DNA of 25,229 nucleotides from Verrucomicrobiales bacterium (GTDB lineage Bacteria; Verrucomicrobiota; Verrucomicrobiia; Verrucomicrobiales; DEV007), in assembly GCA_051270635.1 (NCBI GenBank), contig JBNMNB010000103.1, positions 1 through 25,229 of the forward strand, given 5' to 3'. A model generated the notes under the pieces. That model was not told where the DNA came from, did no database searches, and saw only the letters and a program-made list of their open reading frames with translations. Positions 18,084 through 25,229 of the stretch are shown here, one piece after another. Position numbers and translations under genes: made by a program. The first letter of the stretch is position 1, and each line of letters opens with the position of its first letter.

Positions 18084-19781
18084 ATGCCCACTCGTCTGTC
18101 CAGAATGTCGTTCGAATCTTGTGCTATGGTGCCGGCGATGCATGGACTCTCAAGGATTCAACGGCCACTCACGATCTGCTTTTACTGGCTGTTTCTGTGG
18201 GGGACGCTCGGATCGTTTTCGATCTGCTGGTCGCAGGAAAACAAGATTACGGTTGAGATTGACGGGATCACCTTCGATTCGAATTATGACAATGGTAGTC
18301 TGGAAACGGTGAGATCCGTGGGTGCCGATCTTTTTCAGGCGCAGTTGTTTGTCGAATCGGGCGAGTTGGGAGAGCGTTCCTACTGGTTTCGATTCCGTAT
18401 GCATGGTGTCGCCGGCCGTTCGTTCAAGCTTGCGCTGGATCATCGGGAAAATCGTCGGCCATTCATTCGCATCGGCGATGCGCCGTGGCGTCGTATGACG
18501 GCGGAAGAGTCGCCCAATACTTCACGAGTGATACTAAGTTTTGATGAGGACGAAGATGCTGCGGAATTGGCATTCTTCGAGCCGTTGGGATTGGCGGAAA
18601 CCTATGCTGCGGTAAATCAACTGGCATCCGGTAACGCATTTTTTGAATCGGAAGTGATTGGCCAGAGTTTTCAAGGCAAGGATGTGGTGATGATCACAGT
18701 CAACGACGTGCGCTACCCATCAGCAGGAAAGCATCGCGTCTGGCTGCACAGTCGGGCACATGCGGGAGAAGTGACGTCGACGCACAGTATGCTGGGCTTT
18801 CTACGGCAAGTGCTGGACGACTCGGAGCTCGGCCGTCGCCTGCGGGAACATTGTATTTTCCACATCGTCCCCATTTTGAATGTCGATGGTGTCGATCTCG
18901 GGCATACGCGCTGGGATGCGAGGGGCATGGATCCAGAGCGGCCGTGGTGCGATGTAAATATTCCTGTCGTGGAAGGCGTGAAGAAAGTGGTGGATCAATT
19001 GATGGCAACAGAGAATCCGATCAAGGTGGCGCTGAACTTGCACTCTACCCGTGGCACCTATGCGGATACCTTTTTCTTTAAACATTTAGCGCCTAGCGTG
19101 ACACCGGAATTTGAATTGATCCAACAGCGCTACATTGATGCTTTCGCCGGGGCGACGCCATTGTTTGAGAATCTGGATCCGCAGACGTCGCAGTTGAATG
19201 CCTGCCTTTTTATCGAATCCTATTTTTGGAACAACTGGGGAGAATCAGTGATGGCATTGACGCATGAAGGTCACTACGGTAGACGAATTACGGATGATGA
19301 ATACCTGACGGGAGAGGACTATCGAGAGATGGGACGGGGAATGGCTGTCGCGCTCGTTGACTATTTTGGACTGCCCGAAGCGACTGAAACCGACTTGGAC
19401 TACGCTGGATGGCTGACGCTTCAATTTGACCCTGCGCAGCGAGCGGACAATCGCGTTTCGGGGATTGCTGCAGATCCAGATGGAGATGGCGTGAGCAATT
19501 TTGAAGAGTTTCTGGTGCAGACGGAACCGCTCAGCCCAGCGTCTGTGTTGCCGCCGTTGCAGATACTGAACGGTGAGATCACCTTCACATTGGCAGCTCG
19601 TTCTTTGGTTACTGGGCTGGAATTGCAAAATTCTGTGAATCTCGAAGACTGGGGTGCAGTCGAGAACAGTGGCTTGGAAAAATCGCTGACTGTGGCTGAG
19701 AGAGTCGAGCGGACAGAAGTGGTGGTTAAACAGCAGGGGGAGGGTGATCAGGTATACTTTCGACTGCAGTTTGCTCGATAG
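18084..19781 (+). CDS. M14-family zinc carboxypeptidase-like secreted protein with C-terminal Ca-binding-type DxDGDG motif
   Basis: HSRAHAGE carries the HxxE zinc ligand pair. NVDG and the second zinc-His context VALNLHSTRGTY match the carboxypeptidase A family HS motif. The C-terminus has DPDGDGVSNFEEF. A hydrophobic signal-like segment (LTICFYWLFLWGTLGSFSIC) is present. The start is ambiguous among ATGs at 18084, 18105, 18126 and 18138. Confidence 0.65.
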   Translation: MPTRLSRMSFESCAMVPAMHGLSRIQRPLTICFYWLFLWGTLGSFSICWSQENKITVEIDGITFDSNYDNGSLETVRSVGADLFQAQLFVESGELGERSYWFRFRMHGVAGRSFKLALDHRENRRPFIRIGDAPWRRMTAEESPNTSRVILSFDEDEDAAELAFFEPLGLAETYAAVNQLASGNAFFESEVIGQSFQGKDVVMITVNDVRYPSAGKHRVWLHSRAHAGEVTSTHSMLGFLRQVLDDSELGRRLREHCIFHIVPILNVDGVDLGHTRWDARGMDPERPWCDVNIPVVEGVKKVVDQLMATENPIKVALNLHSTRGTYADTFFFKHLAPSVTPEFELIQQRYIDAFAGATPLFENLDPQTSQLNACLFIESYFWNNWGESVMALTHEGHYGRRITDDEYLTGEDYREMGRGMAVALVDYFGLPEATETDLDYAGWLTLQFDPAQRADNRVSGIAADPDGDGVSNFEEFLVQTEPLSPASVLPPLQILNGEITFTLAARSLVTGLELQNSVNLEDWGAVENSGLEKSLTVAERVERTEVVVKQQGEGDQVYFRLQFAR

Positions 19782-19845
19782 AGAGAGTGATCAATCGGCC
19801 GACTTCTCACTTGCATCGCAGGCTGTCTGGGCTGACTTAACACGG

Positions 19846-20214
19846 ATGCGCGCTCGTTTAACCAAAGAGTTCACTTTTGAAGCTGCCCAGACTCTACCCA
19901 ATGCCCCTAAAGGGCATAAGTGTCGGCGTATGCACGGGCACAGTTTTAAACTCGAAATCTCGGTAGAAGGGGAGGTGGACGAGAGTATCGGCTGGGTTTA
20001 CGATCACGCGAAAATTTCGAAAGCCATGCGCCCGTTGTTGGAGGAATTGGATCATTCCTACCTGAACGAAATTGAGGGGCTGGAGAATCCGACGATCGAG
20101 TTAATGGCTGCCTGGTTCTGGCGCAAACTGGAGACTGATTGCCCCGGGTTATGCGAAATTATCATTCACGAAACGCCGACTGCGAGATGCACGTTCCACG
20201 GCTTTGGTGAGTAG
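19846..20214 (+). CDS. queD: 6-carboxy-5,6,7,8-tetrahydropterin synthase (queuosine biosynthesis)
   Basis: The protein is collinear with E. coli QueD: FTFEAAQTLPNAPKGHKCRRMHGHSF carries the CxxxHGH zinc motif; LDHSYLNEIEGLENPT corresponds to LDHHYLNDIPGLENPT; and it ends ETPTARCTF. I chose the start at ATG 19846 (123 aa). The longer ORF from 19744 overlaps the upstream gene. Confidence 0.9.
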   Translation: MRARLTKEFTFEAAQTLPNAPKGHKCRRMHGHSFKLEISVEGEVDESIGWVYDHAKISKAMRPLLEELDHSYLNEIEGLENPTIELMAAWFWRKLETDCPGLCEIIIHETPTARCTFHGFGE

Positions 20215-20238
20215 CAAATCAAATTTGGCTGCGCATCG

Positions 20239-21012
20239 TCACGCGCGACCAGTGAGTCGATAAGCGAGCGTGCCGATCCACTCTCGTAACACGAACTCCC
20301 ACTGCCACAGTGTCCATGCGTCCGGAATCAGGCTGCGAAAACTGGAGTAGACGGGTTCGGAACCGCGAAAATCTGTGGAGTAGGGGACGACAGTCAGACC
20401 GGCCTTTTCGAAGCAGGCCACTGCCCGCCGCATGTGCAACGCCGAGGTAATGAGCAACGAACGCTGCATTTGATCGTCAGGGCTCAACAATTTTGCGCTG
20501 AACACGGCATTCTCATTGGTATTACGCGAGTCCGGTTCCACCAAAATATCGCTGGCGGGAATGCCGAGATCGAGTAGAAATCGCTGCGCCAGTGGAGCTT
20601 CAGATATTCCGTCGGCAAAGAACGCGCCTGTGCCACCTGTCAGAAGGATTCGGCGAATCTTGCCCGTCTTGTAGAGCCGGACAGCGTCGGTAAGTCGATT
20701 CGGATCTGAGCCCAGAACCAATTGCTCAGGTGAACTGCTGGGAGAGTTCGAGTAACCGCCCAGCACAATGCCAGTATGGAAAGGAGTCGTGATGCTGCCA
20801 GGTGCAAGATCAGGAACTTCCCAGACATTCGCGGCAATTCGAAACACCACTGGGTTGGTGAAAACCAGGAGGACTGCGACTGCTGCCGTGCCGCAAAAGC
20901 GGAACAACTTGGGGCGTGATTTTCGTGTCAGTAAGGCAACAACCGACAGTATGAGAAACCAGATCAGCGGCTTCAGGAACAGTGACGCTATTTTTGACAG
21001 GGCGAAGAACAT
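20239..21012 (-). CDS. DUF218 (YdcF/SanA/ElyC-like) membrane-anchored protein
   Basis: The protein has N-terminal TM helices (IASLFLKPLIWFLILSVVALL; AAVAVLLVFTNPVVF) and a DUF218-like core (ILLTGGTG...; LITSALHMRRAVACFEKAGLTVVPYSTD). The start is taken at the ATG (M33 of the longer ORF) that avoids overlap with the upstream gene. The alternative start is 21108. Confidence 0.6.
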   Translation of the reverse strand: MFFALSKIASLFLKPLIWFLILSVVALLTRKSRPKLFRFCGTAAVAVLLVFTNPVVFRIAANVWEVPDLAPGSITTPFHTGIVLGGYSNSPSSSPEQLVLGSDPNRLTDAVRLYKTGKIRRILLTGGTGAFFADGISEAPLAQRFLLDLGIPASDILVEPDSRNTNENAVFSAKLLSPDDQMQRSLLITSALHMRRAVACFEKAGLTVVPYSTDFRGSEPVYSSFRSLIPDAWTLWQWEFVLREWIGTLAYRLTGRA

Positions 21013-21028
21013 GAATCCAGCAGGGGAG

Positions 21029-22204
21029 CTAGTCAATTTGATTCCAGTAGACGACCAAGTTTCTGGTACTCCGCCCGGCCGCCACGATGTCAAGTTTTCC
21101 ATCACCATTCAAGTCGGCAACTTTGAGATCCTCGCAGGCCATTGTGTTATCATCTATGAGCTGCTGCGACCAGGGGATGGCGTCAGTTTTTCCTGGGACA
21201 TAGAGTCGGATGCCAACCTTCCCGTCCACGTCCGGACTGCGCCAGCCAGCGATTACTTGAGGATTGCCGGTGCCTTGCACATCTGCCAGTGCCAGCGCAT
21301 GTCCGGCATTCAGGGATTCGTCCAGAACCAGTGGAATTTCGCTTCCGCGCGCGACGATCAACTTGTTGCCGTGTAAGGGTTGAATGGCCGCCGTCGTCTT
21401 ACCAACTCGCCGAACCTCACCGTAACCGATGTCTGATGGCTGGAACTCTTTCGTCCATTTTTCATCCTTCCAGGCAAGTGTCACGATCCCTTCTCTTCCG
21501 CCGATGACCAGTGTATCTGCGCCTCCTGCAGGATCGATGTTGAGATCAAAATTATGCGTCATGTGCATGCTGTCATCGAGCACAGTCGATTTCCATCGGG
21601 AGGCATCTTCCGGCTGATCTGGGAAGTGATAGGCAGTGACGCGTACGCCGTTCTCTCCTTTGCCGCCGCGGTTTCCGATGCCGTGCAGCGGCAGAACCAC
21701 GAGACTGAATTCTCCGTCGCCGTCACGCACCCAGTGCATGCGATGGGTAGTGGGATCATGGGGCAACTTAACAGGTTTCCATGGTTTCGTGGCATCGTCA
21801 GGTCGGAGCAAATAGTGGATTGAACCAGAATCCTCACGGCTGCTGGTTTCACCAGGATTCCAGTTCGCCCCGGCAGCGATCTCCACTTTTCCATCACCAT
21901 CGATGTCTCGCGCAGCGATGCAGACGTTGTCTTTCAGTGAGAGTCTGGCAGCAATCACGAATCGTTTCCAGTCCGGGTTCCGATACCACACGATCTCCTT
22001 TTGGTCTGCCAGCAAGATGTCGCTTTTTCCATCTCCATCGACGTCACCAATGGCCAATCCGTAGCCAATTGAAATATCCCCGATCTTCTGCGCTTCGAAC
22101 GAGGCAGTTGATTGGCTGACGGAGTCCTCTGCCTGTGCCGCAATCAGACAGTTAAGTCCTGCAACGGCGGTGAATGCGATGTCTCTAAAAAGCGGAAAAT
22201 TCAT
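21029..22204 (-). CDS. Secreted FG-GAP repeat protein (integrin-alpha-like beta-propeller repeats)
   Basis: Repeated D-x-D/N-G-D-G-K motifs (DVDGDGKSDILLAD; DIDGDGKVEIAAG; DLNGDGKLDIVAAG) are typical FG-GAP Ca-binding repeats. The signal peptide is MNFPLFRDIAFTAVAGLNCLIAAQA, and the start is chosen at this Met (22204). The longer ORF runs to 22315. Confidence 0.7.
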   Translation of the reverse strand: MNFPLFRDIAFTAVAGLNCLIAAQAEDSVSQSTASFEAQKIGDISIGYGLAIGDVDGDGKSDILLADQKEIVWYRNPDWKRFVIAARLSLKDNVCIAARDIDGDGKVEIAAGANWNPGETSSREDSGSIHYLLRPDDATKPWKPVKLPHDPTTHRMHWVRDGDGEFSLVVLPLHGIGNRGGKGENGVRVTAYHFPDQPEDASRWKSTVLDDSMHMTHNFDLNIDPAGGADTLVIGGREGIVTLAWKDEKWTKEFQPSDIGYGEVRRVGKTTAAIQPLHGNKLIVARGSEIPLVLDESLNAGHALALADVQGTGNPQVIAGWRSPDVDGKVGIRLYVPGKTDAIPWSQQLIDDNTMACEDLKVADLNGDGKLDIVAAGRSTRNLVVYWNQID

Positions 22205-22571
22205 GGGGAACAGTTGCAGAAATGGGATCGGTCGCCAAGACCAACTGAAAAAAGTCAAAAAAAGTCTGCGGTGAATAACCTGTGAGTAAACAGAGGATCT
22301 CCGAGAGTTGTTCACAGGAGTATCCAGATCAGGAGTGAGAGATCGTTCGCAAATTATGGGATATCACGTTCTCTTCCAGTGCTGACAGGTGAGTTATTCA
22401 CAAGCTGAAGTAGTTACTAACAAATTGGAACGTCGAGAAAAAACGGTTTACGAGTGCTCTGCGTTTCTGTCATAACCAAAAAGTCAATCACCCGACCTTG
22501 TTTTCACTGTCTCGGTCGGAGGTGCGATTGTCGAGGCTAAGGCTTCGACGCTACTACCCGCTCAATGAGCA

Positions 22572-22611
22572 CCCTCCTTCTTCCTTACCTCAGGAAGTTG
22601 GAGGGTTTTTT
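22572..22611 (+). terminator. Rho-independent terminator-like hairpin + T6 on the plus strand
   Basis: The sequence is CCCTCCTTCTTCC-TTACCTCA-GGAAGTTGGAGGG followed by TTTTTT. It forms an 11-13 bp interrupted stem followed by a U-tract. No plus-strand CDS lies upstream. Confidence 0.5.
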
Positions 22612-22629
22612 GTGAGCTACAGGTGGTGC

Positions 22630-23514
22630 TTAACAATCAAAGTCATTTCGCGGTTCGATGAATCCTAACTCTACCAGAAAGCTGTCCGCAGAATCGACCG
22701 TAGCGTAGTAATTTTCATCATTGACGTTAAAATTGAAAAAGCTGTGACTAGCCCCTCCGAACTCGACTAGCTCGCAGGCGTTCTTCTTTCGCCGCATCTT
22801 CTTAGCGAACTTCTGTGCACCACGCAGTGGCACTGAAGCATCCGCACTGCCGTGAAACAAGATCATGGGAGGTAACCCGGAACGAATGCACTTCAGCGGA
22901 TTGGATCTACTGGCAGTCTTGGTGTCCGGGAAGGAATCGAACCCGAATCCTCGCTTCGAGATATCGAGCACTGGTGAAAAAAAGATGCAGGCATCGGGGG
23001 CACATGGCGTGTCCGCATCGTCGGATGATTCATCAAATTCTTCGCCACACATTGCGGCTGCAATCGCCGCGTGTGCTCCGCAGGATCCTCCCGATGCCAC
23101 GATTTTCTGCTCATCGATTCCGAGTTCTCGACGATTAATGCGGGCCCATCTAATGGCCGATCGAGCGTCCGCCATTGCTTGCAGTGGTGCTTTCCCCGAT
23201 GATGCGCCCATGCGGTATTCCACTAGAATGCAGACTGCTCCTCGGGATGCAAAGAACATCGCGTGCGGGGCAAACTGGGTAATATTTCCGTGATCCCATT
23301 GACTGCTGTGGAAGAAAAGGATTGCCGTCCGCTGATCGTCGACGCTCCAGTCTTGGGGAACAAAAACATGGACGCCCAGGGCCCTTTCACTTTCAGGATC
23401 GAACTTATAGGAATGCTGTGATGCGTGATCGAGCAGGCGTCGATTACGATCGACGATTCCTATCGCCCGTGCCCGTGCTCGATCGGGTTCTTCGATTACT
23501 GATTCCAGCTGCAT
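22630..23514 (-). CDS. Alpha/beta-hydrolase fold esterase/lipase-family protein
   Basis: GxSxG nucleophile elbow is present in VASGGSCGAHAA. An HGSAD motif (catalytic His region) is present. The protein is 294 aa and its family is otherwise unassigned. Confidence 0.75.
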   Translation of the reverse strand: MQLESVIEEPDRARARAIGIVDRNRRLLDHASQHSYKFDPESERALGVHVFVPQDWSVDDQRTAILFFHSSQWDHGNITQFAPHAMFFASRGAVCILVEYRMGASSGKAPLQAMADARSAIRWARINRRELGIDEQKIVASGGSCGAHAAIAAAMCGEEFDESSDDADTPCAPDACIFFSPVLDISKRGFGFDSFPDTKTASRSNPLKCIRSGLPPMILFHGSADASVPLRGAQKFAKKMRRKKNACELVEFGGASHSFFNFNVNDENYYATVDSADSFLVELGFIEPRNDFDC

Positions 23515-23597
23515 AAATACATTACGAGCATCAACCTTTTTGCTGGAAATTACAATGAATTTCTCAATCGAGGAAATTCGTTGTCCAACTGGGCACC

Positions 23598-24572
23598 TTG
23601 GTTTACATCTGCATTCCTATGTTGCCTCTGACGATGACGCCCGACGAATCTATTGTGAAATCAAGATTATCTGCCCGTGTAAGCCTCCAGCTATTTTGGC
23701 TCTTGCTACTGGCTTTGTTCGTTCAGGTAGACGCGCAGACTGCCTGTGCTCAGGAGATTGATACGAAAGTGCGCCTGGCGCTGCAGCGGAATTACTCGAA
23801 TTGGAAACGCGCAATGATCTCGAAAGATCTGCAGGGATGGAATGCCCACACTTCTCGCTATCGTCAGACGGTCACGCGAAACTTGATTGTTTCGCAGAAA
23901 AGGGACTGGCCGCGCTCACTTTTCGCGGTGCCCATCCAACCTCCCGGGGTTGAACTGTTACGCCTGATTGAGGCCAAGGCGGTCGGAGATATGGGCCGAC
24001 TGGTCTATTTTGGTAGAGCCGATTTCCGGGTTTCCGATCAGAAGCCGCCAAACAGTATCTTCATGCTCTACTTTTTGCAGGAAGGCGGCGAGTGGAAGTT
24101 CGACCGCACTCGTTACTTTAATCTTTCCGGCAACGACCGAGTGGCGGAAATGTCGAAGAACGGCAACTTCAGTTTTCTATCAGAAACCGATTTTGCGATG
24201 CCGAAAAAAATGCCAGTGACGCCACCGCATTGCCCATCCCCCTATTACGTTGGTCAGATTAGAATTGTATCGATGGGGTATAGGACGAGTGCCAAGTTCA
24301 ACAATTTTCACGATACTCTGGTGGATGACACGATGGCGAACGAAGTCCTCATCGGCGGAATTCGCAAAGGACCGAATACATTGAAGTTGAAGGTCGACGG
24401 ATCACCGACCGCAAATTCTGGCGAGCGAAAGTTTGAAGTCGCCGTTTATGTAAATAGCACTGAGCGTGATCGCCCAAGCGTGCGCGTCTTCCACCTGGAT
24501 CCGGGCGATCGAGTTCAGGCTGAGTATGAGTTCACCGTCTGGGCCAATGCGGTGACGATGCAAAAGCGGTAG
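23598..24572 (+). CDS. Hypothetical secreted protein
   Basis: A signal-peptide-like segment LQLFWLLLLALFVQVDAQTA is present. I recognise no motifs. The start is uncertain; the alternative ATG is 23634. Confidence 0.5.
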   Translation: MVYICIPMLPLTMTPDESIVKSRLSARVSLQLFWLLLLALFVQVDAQTACAQEIDTKVRLALQRNYSNWKRAMISKDLQGWNAHTSRYRQTVTRNLIVSQKRDWPRSLFAVPIQPPGVELLRLIEAKAVGDMGRLVYFGRADFRVSDQKPPNSIFMLYFLQEGGEWKFDRTRYFNLSGNDRVAEMSKNGNFSFLSETDFAMPKKMPVTPPHCPSPYYVGQIRIVSMGYRTSAKFNNFHDTLVDDTMANEVLIGGIRKGPNTLKLKVDGSPTANSGERKFEVAVYVNSTERDRPSVRVFHLDPGDRVQAEYEFTVWANAVTMQKR

Positions 24573-24586
24573 AAACCCATGCGAAA

Positions 24587-24613
24587 GCGGGCTCCGATTT
24601 CTCGGAAGCCCGC
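24587..24613. terminator. Hairpin between convergent genes. It is probably the terminator for the minus-strand SOD gene and possibly bidirectional.
   Basis: GCGGGCTCC-GATTTCTC-GGAAGCCCGC forms a stem of about 9 bp. The T-richer flank (TTTCGCATGGGTTTC) is on the minus-strand side. Confidence 0.4.
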
Positions 24614-24644
24614 TCGAAAATTGGCAGTCTATCAATCAGGCGCT

Positions 24645-25229
24645 TTACGCTTTTGCAGCTGCGTAGCGAGCATTGATGGCATCCCAATCGACAACATTCC
24701 AGAATGCATCGACGTAGTCAGGGCGGCGATTCTGGTAATTGAGATAGTAGGCATGTTCCCAGACATCCAATCCAAGAAGGGGTGTCTTTCCTTCCATTAA
24801 CGGGCTGTCTTGGTTGGCAGTGGAATACACTTCCAATGCGCCATTGGCAACACTGAGCCAAGCCCATCCGCTACCGAATCGAGTCAGACATGCTTTTTTG
24901 AACTGTTCCTTGAACCCATCGAAGCTACCGAAGCTCGCGTTGATCGCATCGCCCAAGTCACCAGTGGGAGTTCCACCTTTTCCGGGAGCCATGCTGCTCC
25001 AGAACAGCGAGTGATTTGCGTGACCGCCGCCATTGTTGCGGACTGCGCCACGGATGTCATCGGGCACTGCGTCCAGACTACTGATCAATTCTTCGATCGG
25101 TTTTGATTCAAGGTCACCATTTCCGGCGATCGCATTGTTCAAATTCGTGATGTAGGTCGCGTGGTGTTTTCCATGATGAATTTCCATCGTGCGCGCATCG
25201 ATGTGTGGCTCGAGGGCATCGAGGGAATA
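24645..25229 (-). CDS. Fe/Mn-family superoxide dismutase (5' end beyond window)
   Basis: Hallmark SOD motifs are present: [24 protein letters not shown] and WNVVDW. The frame stays open upstream of the annotated Met to the window edge, encoding [19 protein letters not shown]. This matches the canonical SOD N-terminus, so the true start lies beyond nt 25229. Confidence 0.9.
   Translation of the reverse strand, partial: YSLDALEPHIDARTMEIHHGKHHATYITNLNNAIAGNGDLESKPIEELISSLDAVPDDIRGAVRNNGGGHANHSLFWSSMAPGKGGTPTGDLGDAINASFGSFDGFKEQFKKACLTRFGSGWAWLSVANGALEVYSTANQDSPLMEGKTPLLGLDVWEHAYYLNYQNRRPDYVDAFWNVVDWDAINARYAAAKA

Noticed and set aside
22644-22660. GCGGTTCGATGAATCC, a tRNA T-arm-like motif
   Set aside because: It lies within the C-terminal codons of the alpha/beta hydrolase CDS (encoding ...EPRNDFDC), and no cloverleaf is completable around it.

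Overview
This 25.2 kb window looks like bacterial chromosome. GC content is roughly 52-55 % and the proteins have a Planctomycetota-like flavour; the phylum call is inference only. It opens with three housekeeping genes, argJ (5'-truncated), kdsB and pyrG, followed by an Rpn/YhgA-type PD-(D/E)xK nuclease or transposase-like gene. The centre of the window (about 4.7 to 13.3 kb, minus strand) holds a tightly packed four-gene cassette. It encodes, in transcription order: a YqiJ/NfeD-like membrane protein with a C-terminal OB-fold; a long flotillin (SPFH/Band-7 protein) with an EA-rich coiled coil; a giant 1711-aa protein; and a small membrane protein. The giant protein carries a single MoxR/AAA_5-type AAA+ ATPase core near its C-terminal quarter. 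The small membrane protein is built from two tandem copies of a 2-TM + CxxC-x12-CxxC zinc-ribbon module, and its start codon overlaps the stop codon of the giant gene. The NfeD-flotillin pair is a classical operon. I do not recognise its extension by a giant MoxR-like ATPase and a duplicated zinc-ribbon membrane anchor as a described system, so this is the main candidate for a novel membrane-associated SPFH-AAA+ machine. It sits next to the Rpn nuclease gene and a divergently transcribed HTH regulator. Downstream genes are: a putative periplasmic LTxxQ-like protein; a multi-pass membrane protein; two secreted zinc peptidase-like proteins (one with an HExxH motif, one M14 carboxypeptidase-like); queD; a DUF218/YdcF-like membrane protein; an FG-GAP repeat protein; an alpha/beta hydrolase; a secreted hypothetical protein; and a 5'-truncated Fe/Mn superoxide dismutase gene. 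I saw no tRNA, rRNA or CRISPR array. An orphan plus-strand rho-independent terminator with upstream hairpins at 22.3-22.6 kb may mark a small RNA.
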